NCBI GenBank assembly: GCA_951406725.2
Contig: OX597835.1
Location: 7,936,001-8,000,000 of the forward strand
From: Octopus vulgaris
Lineage: Eukaryota
Direction of reading: 5' to 3'
Length of the DNA stretch: 64,000 bases
Shown: one piece after another, positions 27,658-41,703 of the stretch
Layout of the letters: every line of letters starts with the position of its first letter
Position numbering within the stretch: the first letter of the stretch is position 1
The notes under the pieces: generated by a model
Seen by the model: only the letters and a program-made list of their open reading frames with translations
What the model was told of the DNA's origin: nothing
Databases searched by the model: none
Position numbers and translations under genes: made by a program

Positions 27658-28589
27658 AATGTGTGTATATGTATGTATGAATGTAACTATCTGTCTATCC
27701 ACCTATCTCTCTTTGAAGTGAATGATGACGCAATACATTTTAGTAGAGTATATTTCTCAATTTTTTAAAAAAATGTTTATCTATGATTTCTGCATGCTTA
27801 CAACCATCGAACTGTCTGATGACTCAAACTTTTGAAGTCCTTGTCTGCCTTTCCTTGCTATGGGTTATATAAATTTGGTTGAACTCATAATGCTTTAGGT
27901 GGACAGACTCGGTATTTTCCTCCAGGTAAAGAAACTTTGTCGATGAGGCCCTTCTCCAAGAAGGGTATATTGGCCTCATTCCCTACTGAATTCGGATTCT
28001 ACCGTTTTCCAGTTCCATAAGTCTGTAATCTAGACAAGTGAACAAACTCATCGTGGCAATAGGTACGACAGCTGAATGAAGGTCAAGGTGGTTACGCATC
28101 ATAAGAGATTGCAGGTGGAACTCTTCTGCTCTACGTAGGAAGGGTTTCCTATATTCTGATGGATTTACAAAAGGTTACAATCATCTGAGTAGCTCTGGGA
28201 CAAAGCACCGCTGATGTTTATTTCACTGATACATACATACATACATACATACATACATACATACATACAAACATGCATACATACATACATACATACATAC
28301 ATACATACATACATACAAACATACATACATACATACATACATACATACATACATACAAACAAGCACTCATGCATGTATGCATATATATACAAATATATAT
28401 ATATTTGAAAAAAAAATGAATAGAAATAGGTGCAGGAGTGGCTGTGTGGTAAGTAGCTTGCTTACCAACCACATGGTTCCGGGTTCAGTCCCACTGTGTT
28501 GGACTTCGGTCAAGTGTCTTCTCGGGCCGACCAAAGCCTTGTGAGTGGATTTGGTAGACGTAAACTGAAAGAAGCCCGTCGTATATATG

Positions 28590-28652
<63 letters not shown>

Positions 28653-29189
28653 GTGTCTGTGTGTCTGTGTTTGTACCCCACCCCTCCAACATCGCTTGAT
28701 GCTGGTGTGTTTATGGTAAAGAGGCGATAGAATAAATACTAGGCTTACAAAGAATAAGTCCAGGGTCGATTTGCTCGACTTAAAAAAGATTGTGCTCCAG
28801 CATGGCCGCAGTCAAATGACTGAAACAAGTAAAAGAATAAATGATAAAGAAAGAAATGGTTTTCCTGATAATTTTTCCACTTTAATAATTGAATGCTTAC
28901 GAATGGTGACTCTGATCGGAGTTTTTGGCTTAAAAGCGGTTTTCAAGAAAGGAACTCCGCTCCAAGTCATCATTTGTAAACATCGAATTATTGAAGTGGA
29001 AAATTATCAGAAAAGCCACACACACACACATACACACATGTATATATGTCGCCATGATAGATCGGATATATATACACACACGCACTTATGTATATCTATA
29101 TCTATATCTATATATACATATATATATATATATATACATATATACAACCCATGCCAGCATGGAAAACGATCGTTAAAGGATGATGATAT

Positions 29190-29220
<31 letters not shown>

Positions 29221-30094
29221 CATATTGTATATATATATATATATACTATACATATATCATACACACACACACTCATATATATCATATATATATATATAGA
29301 CATATACACATATGTATATGTACGTATATATATATGTGTGTATATATGTATGGATTTGCGTATGCATGTATGTATATATCAATGCATGTGTGTGTTTATA
29401 TGGATATATGTAATATTAGTACAAAAATATATATGTTTACCTAAATACATGTTACGCGTATGTGTGCGTGTTTGCAAATGCATCACATTTTCTGGGGCTT
29501 CATATATCTGTTAAGATCATTCATTCGTGTGCAAGTATGTTTGACTTGCTAATTAACTATAGATTGTTTCTCTGTCCATTTTTCGTTATATCATGCAACT
29601 TTCTCCATCTCCAACCTATCTGTTTAGCAGCACGTATGCCTCTATAATATACACACATTCACTCTCATTCTCAGTTTCGGCGGAGCCACTGCTTTCTCTT
29701 TCTGATTTTATTTTGTTATCTTTCCTTTTTAGTTTGGATATCTCTTCATTCATACTTTCATTAATTCCTCGCTAAATTTCCCGGTATATTCACTCGACTA
29801 CCTGTCGTGTATGCAGCTAATTGCAGTCAATTCCTCTCACTTAGAGACTGTCAATTTTCTTTTTTTTGTATTTAAATAAATAACTCTCCTGTCTCTACAT
29901 AATTCTTTGGTCCCTCTCACACAGAACAGCAACTGACATATGTATTCCTGTTATAGAATAGAAACAACTAATTAAAGTGTCACCGCTCGGTGTTAGCAGA
30001 TTTTTCTCCTTTTTCTAACATGTACATTGCATAGAATGAATTTACATTCTAAATATTTAAATCGTTGCCAAGTTTGCTCTCTCTCTCTCTCTCT

Positions 30095-30310
30095 TCGTTT
30101 TTCGTTGAGTTCTACGTCTAGTTGCAGTGTCCTGTACTCACGTATATATATTTATATATGCATGTATAATATACATGTAGATGTAGGTACGTACATATAT
30201 GTTTGTATGCATGCATATATTTTATTTATTACATTATTGTCTGACAGCGCGTTCGCGTCAGGGTCGATTCGATTCGTCGTTTCGTCGCACTCCCCTTCCT
30301 CCCAGTTTTG

Positions 30311-30315
<5 letters not shown>
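30095..30315 (+). mobile_element. Dispersed element carrying a single copy of the 86-bp minisatellite unit
   Basis: Unit at ~30104-30190; the downstream flank is homologous to 7737-7860. Confidence 0.85.
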
Positions 30316-30358
<43 letters not shown>

Positions 30359-30738
30359 CAGTCTTATTCGCGTTATCATTATTGTTTTTACGTATTTTTG
30401 TATTCTTATTCGTGTTATCATTATTGTTTTTACGTGTTTTTGTATTTGTATTCGTGTAACATCGTCCGGATTTCCGTCCTTGTTTTGTATACATTCGAGG
30501 CTTTCTTCCAAGGAATCTAATGCGCTTGGCTTAGATTTTCCTTTGGGGCTGGCTGGCCAGATCGGAACAATCTCAAGATTAATCAGCCGAAATTGCGAAG
30601 ATGATCCGGTTCTTGACTGAAGATTGAAGGCTTCGAATGTCCCGTCCCGTCCGTGTTTTTTGTATCGTCTTCTAAATGTTTCACGTTCTTGTCCAAGTTT
30701 GTATTTTTTTACATTTACATTATATATATATATATATA

Positions 30739-30880
30739 CCGGAGTAAACACATAAATGTGAAACAAGGTAGAAAAAAAGAGTACTCAAATAACAGTGGTA
30801 GAGTAATATGCTTTATTTAAAGCAGCAGAAAATTCAACAAAATCAGATTTTGTTGAATTTTCTGCTGCTTTAAATAAAGC

Positions 30881-30884
<4 letters not shown>
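30739..30884 (-). mobile_element. TA-flanked element ending in a perfect 79-bp palindrome (30806-30884)
   Basis: 39-bp arms around A30845; homologous to 43303-43486. Confidence 0.85.
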
Positions 30885-30911
<27 letters not shown>

Positions 30912-31120
30912 TACATATGTACTCACACAAACAGACACACACACATATGTATGTGTGTGTAATGCTATCATTATATAATAAATTTAAAGGCACAAAAGCC
31001 TCGGAAGATACTAATATATTTGTCAGGTGGGCTGAATTTACCAAAAACCATATGGAAATAACAAAACAAAGTCTTATTATTTACAGTTGATAGATATTTA
31101 TCCACATCTTGTTTGTTGTT

Positions 31121-31166
31121 GACACAAGGTTTCGGCTGATATACCCTCCAGCCTTCATCAGGTGTC
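31121..31166 (-). ncRNA. Minimal type I hammerhead motif
   Basis: gacac CTGATGA A GGCTG gagggtatat CAGCC GAAAC CT T gtgtc. Confidence 0.72.
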
Positions 31167-31214
31167 TTGAGGAAATTTCGTACCTGAATTCTCATTTCCA
31201 AGGGTTTTTTTCGA

Positions 31215-31255
<41 letters not shown>

Positions 31256-31337
31256 TCACTGCCTGGAATCAAACTCGCGATCTTGGGGTAGTAGCCCGCG
31301 CTCTCTTAACCACTACGTAGTGGTTAAGAGCGCAGGC

Positions 31338-31392
<55 letters not shown>

Positions 31393-31463
31393 GTAATAAT
31401 AATAACAACAACAACATTAAAAAATACCTTAGGAATGAGAACCCAGGCTCGAAATTTCCCCAA

Positions 31464-31509
31464 GACACCTGATGAAGGCTGGAGGGTGTATCAGCCGAAA
31501 TGTTGTGTT
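31464..31509 (+). ncRNA. Minimal type I hammerhead motif
   Basis: gacac CTGATGA A GGCTG gagggtgtat CAGCC GAAAT GT T gtgtt; the consensus of the two arms is GAAACGTT. Confidence 0.72.
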
Positions 31510-31949
31510 AACAACAAACAAGATGAGGACGAATATCCGTCAATTGTAAATAATTCCTCGTCTTGTTTATTATATTGTTGATTTAGACAAGTGTAAGAGG
31601 GATGTTGTGGTGGCCATAAAATGGATGGTCAGATACAACGAACTGAATAAATAAAGATTTTAAAAATATCAAGTATTGTCTGAAGAGGCCCAAGGGTGGT
31701 AGTGTGCACATGGGACCCCAGTGTGACCAACATTTTGGCGGGAGACATAAAAGTGACGATATACATAATAAGTGAGAAGAGAATACGACGTGCTGGTCAT
31801 GGTGGAGAGGCTTTAATCATAATCAGTCAGTGGTACAACTTAACAGCTGCCTCTTTGCAGTAATGGTCAAAACTGGTTCCGGTTTGTAGCAGTAGTTTGA
31901 AAAAGAATTGAGAAATTCCCATGTGACCTGAATATTAGTCAGTACAGTA

Positions 31950-31950
31950 G

Positions 31951-31981
<31 letters not shown>

Positions 31982-32283
31982 TGAGAGAGTGCGAGAGAGA
32001 GAGGAGATATAGATAGAAAGACAGGTAAAGAGAGAGAACAAAAGAGAGAGGAGAGAGTGATTGAGAAAGAGGGGAAAATAGACAAAACGATAGAGTGCAA
32101 GAGAGAGGGAGAGAGAAAGCAAGAGGAGAAAGAGAGAGCAAGAGGAGAGAGAGAGGGGGGGAGAGAAGATATAGATAGAAATACAGGTAAAGAGAGAGAA
32201 CAAAAGAGAGAGGAGAGAGTGATTGAGAAAGAGGGGAAAATAGACAAAAAGATAGAATGCAAGAGAGAGGGAGAGAGAAAGCA

Positions 32284-32345
<62 letters not shown>
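31950..32345. repeat. GA-rich tract with an internal tandem duplication (~160-bp period)
   Basis: gatatagatagaaa.acaggtaaagagagagaacaaaag... occurs twice. Confidence 0.9.
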
Positions 32346-32346
<1 letters not shown>

Positions 32347-33144
32347 ACGTTGGTGGAAGCTTGGAGAATTTAGAGATCTTCAGTTGACTGTTAATGAAGG
32401 AAAGATCCCTTTGATTGTGTTGTATATAGAATAATAATTATGTATGCAGGTGTACACATGCCTTTGCTAAGCACACACACACACACTTTCACACAGGTAG
32501 TTCTCAACTTTATGAGTAAATTTGCTCTTAATTATTGCTTGGTAATCACCAACTTGTAAATCAGAAGGTATTTTTCCCAGAGAAACGAGCAGAAAACTAA
32601 AACAGATTTAGTTACCTCATTAACATTCTTTTGCTACCAACAGAATGGCATGGTTGGATTGCAAAAATATCATAGTTCAGCGCTACAGTGGCTAGAAGGG
32701 TTTGCTGAATCTTGTCTTCTTAATTTGGTTCAGCTAATGGAAGGAAGTAGATCTTTGCTCAGACAAAGGAGGAGATGCCAAATGGGAAGGGATTCCGAAA
32801 TGGAGGAGTTCTATACGAAAAAGCATCCTTGAACATAGAAATTTGGGGATGAGGTTAATCAGTTATATCAAATCCTGTACTTGAGGAATGAAAGGGGCAG
32901 TTGCCCCTGGAGGGATTTGAACTCAGGAATTCATGGTATTTCTTCAGGCTCTTTGTGTTCTTAACATATTTAGCAGAGTTCCAGAATATCAGTTATATAA
33001 CTTGGCTGTATTGATCTCAGGGGATGATTGCAACCTCAAAGGTCACACACCTCTGTCTCCTGTAGGGAGTGGAGAGAGATGAGTAAATGAGAAAGTCTTT
33101 CTTTGTATCCAATGTTTTCTCTCTTCAAGATTGGTAATTATACC

Positions 33145-33617
33145 TATTTCTTTACTACCCACAAGGGGCTAAACACAGCGAGAACAAACAAGGACAGCCA
33201 AATGGATTAAGTCGATTATATCGACCTCAGTGTGTAACTGGTACTTAATTTATTAATTAAGATAGGTGGCGAGCTGGCAAAAACATTAGCACGCCGGGTG
33301 AAATGCTTAGCCGTATTTCGTCTGTCGTTACGTTCTGAGTTCAAATTCCGCCGAGGTCGACTTTGCCTTTCATCCTTTCGGGGTCAATAAATTAAGTACC
33401 AGTTACGTACTGGGGTCAATGTAATCACTTTATCCCTTTGTCTGTCCCCTCTGTGTTTAGCCCCTTGTGGGTAGTTAAGAAATACTTATTTAATCGACCC
33501 CGAAAGGATGAAAGGCAAAGTCGACCTCGACAGAATTTGAACTCGGAACACAGCGGCGGACGAATTACAACTACGCATTTCACCCGGCATGCTAATGATT
33601 CTGCCAGCTCGCCGCCC
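33145..33617. mobile_element. SINE C (-) interrupted by an antisense SINE C copy (+, ~33260-33483)
   Basis: Outer TSD taattatacc at 33135-33144 and 33618-33627. Confidence 0.85.
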
Positions 33618-33982
33618 TAATTATACCAACAGGTACATGACACAGGGGATCCACCACTATGTCACATGGCAACATGCATCTTTTTGATGTAGGAAAAGAT
33701 GGCATAGCCAAATGTGGAGCAACTTTGGTCATAAGTTTGCCCAACAAGAGGAGGACGAGGGGGAGGGAATAGATGAAGTAGAAGAGGAAGAGGAAAGAGA
33801 ATAAGAAAAGACCACTATTGTGTGGTAGAGACCAATTGGTAGAGTGAAGCGAATTGAAGTGGACTTTGAAAGAATTACTTGTTAATAATAAATGCCTGAT
33901 TCTGTGACTTAGTCCAAACCGTATTCCTGATAGAATCACAGAGATTGGAAATGAATAAAAAATTTTAAAAAATAGACATATA

Positions 33983-34393
33983 GGCACAGGAGTGGCTGTG
34001 TGGTAAGTAGCTTGCTAACCAACCACGTGGTTCCGGGTTCAGTCCCACTGCGTGGCATCTTGGGCAAGTGTCTTCTGCTATAGCCCCGGGCTGACCAATG
34101 CCTTGTGAGTGGATTTGGTAGACGGAAACTGAAAGAAGCCTGTCGTATATATGTATATACATGTGTGTATGTGTGTGTGTGTATGTGTGTGTGTGTTTGT
34201 CCCCCTAGCTTTGCTTGACAACCGATGCTGGTGTGTTTACGTCCCTGTCACTTAGCGGTTCGGCAAAAGAGACCGATAGAATAAGTACTGGGCTTACAAA
34301 GAATAAGTTCCGGGGTCGATTTGTTCGACTAAAGGCGGTGCTCCAGCATGGCCGCAGTCAAATGACTGAAACAAGTGAAAGAGTGAAAGAGTA
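33983..34393 (+). mobile_element. SINE family A, full length
   Basis: Matches the other family A copies. Confidence 0.92.
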
Positions 34394-35429
34394 TACAAAA
34401 TGAAATATTATGAAGTTTTCTATGTGGTGAATAGACTTGCTAGAAATACCAGGCAAATGTCCTTCAAATTGTTATCTAGGGAAGGGAGAGAACACTTAGT
34501 CTTAAGATAATACTTTCTAATGTAGGCACAAGGCCTGAAATTTTGGCATAATGGAACTAGTTGATTACATTGACCCAGTATTTCACTGGTACTTAATTTA
34601 TCAACCCTGAAAGGATGAAAAGCAAAGTCAACCTCAGAGGAATTTCAACTCAGAACGTAGTGGCAGATGGAACACAGCTAAGCATTTTGCTAGGTGTGCT
34701 AAAAATTCTGTTGGCTTGCCAATATATAATGGTTTCAAATTTTGGCCCAAGATCAGCAATTTTAGAGGAAGGGACTTAATTGATTGCATTGGCCCTAGAA
34801 GAATAGAGGCAGAGTCAACTTTGGCAGCATTTGAACTGGAAGAAATGCAGATAAGAATTCTGTCAGCTGCCTTCCTGACATACAAAACTAAAAAGGTAAA
34901 AATGCCATGGTTAAGGCTGCAAAGCCATCATCTTAAGTGTGCTGGATGAGAGCAGTTATATAACTCTACACACAAAAATGGAACACACAGTTGTATCTAA
35001 AATCATCATCATGCATTTAGTTTTCCATGCTTGTATGGGTCAGAACGAATTTATTGAGGTTGATTTTCTGTGATAGGAGAGGCCCTTCCACACCCCTTTC
35101 GAAGCAAGGTAATAGTTTTCATGGCCAGAAATGTTTTTTCAAAGAAGGCCAGAAATGATCAACATTCCTTATATGACACTGATTCAGTATCATGACCATT
35201 ACGTGATGCCAAGACAAGACTCCTCACAAGAGATACACACACACATACATAGGACAGGTTTTCATCCACTTCCAAGCACAAGACTTTGGTTTGCCCCAGT
35301 CTATAATAGAGGACACTTCCCCAAGATCTAACCTATATATATATATATACACATCTTTGTCTATATATCTACCTTCTCTATAAAGTTGCCACTTGATATC
35401 AAAATTTTTGTATTAATGGAAAACCTCTA

Positions 35430-35522
35430 TAATTAGCTGATGAGTGCTCAACATCTTAAATCTGTTGTAATACTTACAACATTTAATAAAATGATGTAGT
35501 ACGAAATGATCGTACCAAATTA
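35430..35522 (+). ncRNA. Type I hammerhead motif with extended stem II (element ~35350-35652, TA-flanked)
   Basis: taattag CTGATGA(35437) GTGCT caacatc..tgttgtaa tac ttacaaca..gatgt AGTAC GAAAT(35503) GATC GTA^ ccaaatta; stem I imperfect. Confidence 0.65.
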
Positions 35523-36714
35523 CCGGAGTCATTCTTGTTGCTTATTTTGATTATAATCACCCCACGGATTTTTATGGATAACACCATACAGAATTTTGGT
35601 GCATCTAAATTAAGTACCATATTCATTTGAATCTAAATTTTTGCTGAACTGATATATATATATATGCGTGTCTGTGTGTGTGTGTGAAGAAAAAAGAAGT
35701 CCTAAGGATTTCATGCTTTTATTTCATAAAGCATGAAATAAAGAACTATTTATCTTGGGCTTTTGTCCCTTTGAAGGATTCAACATTATTCATGATGAAT
35801 CCCTGAAGGGGATTAAAGCACCTAAATAAACAATTTTTATATAAATCCTGGCTATCTCCTTTTACATAATATATAAAATCTGTAAACCACTTCAAACAAT
35901 CCATACACACACATGTATGTATGCATGCATGTATGTACAGACAGACATGGATACATATGTATGTGTGTAGGCATGTATGCATGCATGCATGCATGTATGT
36001 ATGTACGCAGAGCTATACACATGTACAAAAGAAAAAGAAAGAAAGAAAGACTGAGAGAGGAAAAATAATTGGCTTCTGGAAAACTCAATGAGAAGGTTCT
36101 TGTTAGGGACCCATTGACCCTAAATTGAGTTGGATCAGGTCTGATAGACAAACAACAGCCAGTCATCAAATGCCACAAATTGGATTCCTTTATTACAACC
36201 AGAAATGCTTTTATCCTAACAACAAAGGCAAGGCAAAGCAGCATCCATGACACATTATATAACAGGAGAGTTTCTAGAGAACAGAAAGACCAGATGGATT
36301 GTATCAGATTGAAAATGGCAAAACGAACGCAAGAACTGTAGAGTACAGAGTCGCTGAGCATCCAGTGATTACGAGACATAGGAATATAGTTTTCAAATAT
36401 ACAGTGTGAATATTACAAAATTAAATTAATTTGATCGGTAATGGATACATTAGTATTAATGATGATTAATAAAATTAATAACAATAATTATGGTAATAAC
36501 AGTAATGAAATCACATTCATATTAATAATAATAATAATAACTGATTGCAATTAAACATACAGGAATACAACAGCTGAATAACAATGGTTCTTTAGAATTT
36601 ATTGATGTTTCTATGCGTGTGTAGTTGTGTGTATGAATGTGTGTGTGTGTGTGTGTGTACATGCATGGATGTCTATGTGTGTGCATATCTACAAATGTGT
36701 GGAAAACCTACAAA

Positions 36715-36738
36715 AATACACATACACATATCTATGCA

Positions 36739-36774
<36 letters not shown>

Positions 36775-37400
36775 CACTAACACATTTATATATGCAAGCA
36801 TATATATATACATATGTATATATATATATATATATACATACATATACATATCTATACATACATATACATATCTATACATACATATACATATCTATACATA
36901 CGTATACATATATATATACATACATATACATATATATATACATACATATACATATCTATACATACATATACATATATATATATATACATACATATACATA
37001 CATATACATATATATATACATATACATATATATATATATACATATATATATACATACATATATATATACATATACATACATATATATATACATATACATA
37101 CATATATATATACATATATATATACATATACATACATATACATATCTATACATACATATACATATATATATATACATATACATATATATATACATATACA
37201 TATATATATATCTATACATATATATATACATATAAACATACATATACATATATATATACATATAAACATATATATACATCTATACATATATACATATACA
37301 TATATGCATATATATATATATCTATATCTATATATATACATATATATATACACACACATACATATATAAATGTAGATTACATATATAAATATATTACATA
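36715..37400. repeat. Degenerate (TA)n/(TATACA)n tract; similar tracts at 37800-38600 and 41580-42585
   Basis: Direct reading. Confidence 0.95.
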
Positions 37401-37915
37401 GGTGCATCTATATACATATATGTGTATATATAGAAGCAGTAAGAGAGAGGCAAACGTCTACTGTCACACACAAACACATATCTTTTCCTTGTTTCAGTCG
37501 GTGGCCATGTTAGAGCACTGCCTAAAAGAATTTAGTCAGATAAATTCATCCCTAGTACTTATATTCTTTCGGGTAAACTGCTAAGTGATTGGGATGTAAA
37601 CACACCAACACCAGTTGCCATGCAGTTGTGGTGGAGAAACACAAACTCAAAGATGCATACACAATGTACAAAGATATATATACATATATACATATATATA
37701 CACAACTTATAAACAAGGGCAGAAGAAAATTATTTCTATGCCAATATGCTAATAACAGACTTCTAAATTGTCAATTTCCACATATTATATACCCACTACA
37801 GTAATACGTATATATGTATATATGAAGATTCATAGATATATAAATATAAAGATATATGTATACATATATTCATATATATATATATACATATATACACATA
37901 CACATACATACACAT

Positions 37916-37961
<46 letters not shown>

Positions 37962-38195
37962 ATATATCTATGCACATATGTATATGTATACATATATATA
38001 CATATACATATTTACACATACATATATATATATATACATAATATACACAAACATATATATATACATATATACTTATATATAGATATACATATACATATAT
38101 ATATATAATAGGAATTTACAAAAGAACAAAAGACTGAGACAGGTGTGTAAACAACAAACAGGTGTATTAGTTTAAGGCTCGGGAAGGTGAGAAAG

Positions 38196-38232
38196 TCTTT
38201 CATGTTTCGAGCCTATGCTCTTCAACAGAATT
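38196..38232 (-). ncRNA. Decayed family H2 hammerhead motif
   Basis: CTGTTGA A GAGC atag GCTC GAAAC AT G aaaga. Confidence 0.45.
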
Positions 38233-38779
38233 GAACGCAAGAAAATAAACAGAGAGAGAATAAAATACATATATATATATATACATACATAGACATATAT
38301 ATACACACACACATATGTATATATGCAGATATATATACATACACACATATATATATAGAGATATATATACATATATATATATACACATTTATATATATAT
38401 ATACATGTATATAGATATACATACATGTGTGTATATATATATATATATATATAAGATATATATATATAGCTATACATATTTTTACATACATGCATATATA
38501 TATGTATATATACGTATATATATATATATGTATATGCATATATATATATATATGTATATATACGTAAATATATATATATATATATACTTGCATATATATA
38601 TATTTGTTTCTCAAACACATTCCCTGCTGTGTGACACCTTGACAAGTGTCTTTAATTATATGTATATACAAACATATATATATATATATTTTATATATTT
38701 TGTATATTATATTAATTATTTTTATGTTTTATGTTTTTCGCTGTTTGATTTGCCTAATAGTGGTTTTATGTCTAATTTA

Positions 38780-38818
<39 letters not shown>

Positions 38819-38844
38819 CATACATATATATATATGTATGTATA

Positions 38845-39233
38845 TTCTTTTATTCTTTTACTTGTTTCAGTCATTTGACTGCGGCCATGTTGGAGCACCG
38901 CCTTTAATCGAGTAAATTGACCCAAGAACTTATTTTTTGTAAGCCCAGTACTTATTCTATCAGGCTCTTTTGCCGAACCGCTAAGTAACAGGGACATAAA
39001 CACACCAGCATCGGTTGTCAAGCAATGCTAGTGGGACAAACACAGACATACAAACACACACACACATACATATATACGACAGGCTTCTTTCAGTTTCCAT
39101 CTACCAAATCCACTCACAAGGCTTTGGTCAACCCAAAACTATAGTAGAAGACACTTGCCTCATGTGCCATGCAGTGGGACTGAACCCAGAATCATGTGGT
39201 TGGTAAACAAGCTACTTACCACACAGCCACTTC
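38845..39233 (-). mobile_element. SINE family A (diverged)
   Basis: Matches the other family A copies. Confidence 0.88.
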
Positions 39234-39474
39234 TATGTGTGTGTGTGTATATTTGTGTCTTTGGCAGTGGGAGGTATTTTTGCATGAGAAATGTTTTTAT
39301 TGACAAATACATACACACACACTATATATACATACACATATATACTTGTACATAAGCATATATTAATAATTGTGTCATATATAAATATATATGTACATGT
39401 ATGTCTGCATATGAATACATGTGAGTATATGCATGTGTTTGTATTGTACATATATGTATATTATATGTTTTCTA

Positions 39475-39690
39475 CTGCTGGATGCCCTTCCTAACGCCGA
39501 CCACTCTGAGAGTGTAGTGGGTGCTTTTTACGTGCCACTGGCATGGGGGCCAGTTGGGCAATACTGGCAATGACCTTGCTTGAATCTTCTTACACATGCC
39601 ACCAGCACAGGTGCCAGTAAGTCGACGTTGGTAACGATCACGCTCGAATGGTGCCCTTTTATGTGCCACTGGCATGGAAGGCAGTTGACT
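39475..39690 (-). mobile_element. SINE-like family D fragment (GGCGTTAGGAAGGGCATCCAGC motif); further pieces at ~29145-29190, 35000-35220, 41460-41583, 41790-41970
   Basis: Shared motif, plus a CATGGAA..GACGTTAAA(TGA)n-like tail in other pieces, typical of RTE-mobilised elements. Confidence 0.6.
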
Positions 39691-39701
39691 GCTCTCACTC
39701 A

Positions 39702-39732
<31 letters not shown>

Positions 39733-40441
39733 ATTATAACAATAAGGGTCTTTGCAACAAGTTGCTTGACCACATACCGAAAATTTTAGAAATAGCAGCC
39801 AGAGGACTGCTATTTCCTCTTACTACAAAAATATGTCTCCACAGACAACAGTATTTGTTACAAATATTGTGAAGCAACTTGTTGCAAAGACCCTTATTGT
39901 TGTAATTATATAAACTTTTACCGAATATGGTCCTTTTCCATACCGAAGTGCTACTAGGTGAAATTTGTTGATTTTATTAAATTAATTATATTTCACCCTT
40001 TATCTGTAATATATATATATATATATATATATATGTAAGTATGTATACACACACACTTCTATCATTAAGCTGACATACAAATATACTATGTAGAAACACA
40101 CACTGTTTTCCTTTTAGATATATTCTTATAACTCTAGTTATATAGAGATCCTTCAAAAACTCCCATCATGAAAATTATATACTCAAATTCTCATTTATAC
40201 ATACATCTATAAATATAAACTTCTCAACATCTGTTTTTGCATGCATGTTGTTATATATATATATATATGCTTACATGTATATATACACATTATGTATACA
40301 TCTTTATATAAATATATAAGTATCCATACAGGTGGCTATAATCCTATATGTATAGACAGTTGTATTTAAAATAACATTTAAAGATCCATCTGTACATAAA
40401 TGCATACATACATATATATTTATATGTATATATAAATAAAT

Positions 40442-40693
40442 ATTTATATTGTATAGAGGGCATTATTACACATAAATGCCTCACACTAAGAGGGACATAA
40501 GTCATTACTACCAAAATTTCACTAATCATACCTAATGCAGTCTTCAAAGCAGGACATTTAAAAAATTCATTTTTTAAATGTCATGCTTTGAAGACTGCAT
40601 TAAGTATGATTAGTGAAATTTTGGTAGTAATGACTTATGTCCCTCTTAGTGTGAGGCATTTATGTGTAATAATGCCCTCTATACAATATAAAT
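40442..40693. repeat. Near-perfect 252-bp palindrome
   Basis: ~124-bp arms, 4-nt loop TTCA (40566-40569), two mismatches seen. Confidence 0.95.
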
Positions 40694-41394
40694 TAATATT
40701 TTCAAAAAGAAAAAAATTATTTTCGAAATTTTTTTCTCTTATGAGGTGTTTCACGCTAACTACCTGATAATTTCTTGTTAAGATTCCTTATTAAGAAGTT
40801 ATCCTTAATTGTTAAATAGATAAATATACATATATATGAAAGGACATAGCCTGCAGGAAACATGAATGTTTTTTATATGCTTATGTGTGTGTGTGATTTT
40901 ACTGAAGAAAACAAGTCTTGCTCCATCAGACCATCACCAGTCTCTTTTGAGTTTAATTTACTCACTCACACACACAGGTGTGTGTGTGTATATGTAGACA
41001 GGTATATGGCCCAGCATTCTTGTGTGAACATTCAGCTAAAATATTTGGGCTGCTTCCTGCATATCGCTGTTAATCCTCCTTTTATGCTGGCTCCTGATTG
41101 ATCAGATATATCTTTGAGGTTAGGATTTGGCACCGGGGCCCAAAACACATGCAGCTCCTGCAACCTATACCATCCAAACCCTTCAAAATCTCATTAAAAA
41201 AAACAGCTAACGACTAAGGCTTCAACTAAGGATTTCAAAGAATGAGGAACAATGTTGGCTGCGGTGTGGTTAGAATTGAGGACCCTGACAGGTGGAGCGT
41301 ACACCACAAGGCATGCTATCCTGTATTCCAATCACTCTAGCAATGCAATAACATTCTCTCTTAATCTCTTCAGGCATGTACACATTGATATATA

Positions 41395-41452
<58 letters not shown>

Positions 41453-41582
41453 TATATGGTGGGTGTTAAGAAGGGCATCCAGCTGTAAAAGTCTACCTAA
41501 AACACACAGTATTCTGGGGTAGTCTTCTACCTGGCTCACTCCTGTCAAACTGTCCAACCTATGCATGGAAGATCGATGTTAA

Positions 41583-41629
<47 letters not shown>

Positions 41630-41664
41630 CATATATACACATATATATATACACACATATATAT

Positions 41665-41703
<39 letters not shown>

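Larger units (their letters stand above)
31076..31554. mobile_element. Head-to-head dimer of a tRNA-head/(AAT)n/hammerhead element
   Basis: Symmetry centre at 31316/31317 (cttaaccactac|gtagtggttaag); each arm carries (AAT)n and a hammerhead motif. Confidence 0.8.

Noticed and set aside
27780-28210. Possible LINE AP-endonuclease relic on the minus strand (FTWR, NQIYI-like words)
   Set aside because: Too degraded to support a call by eye.
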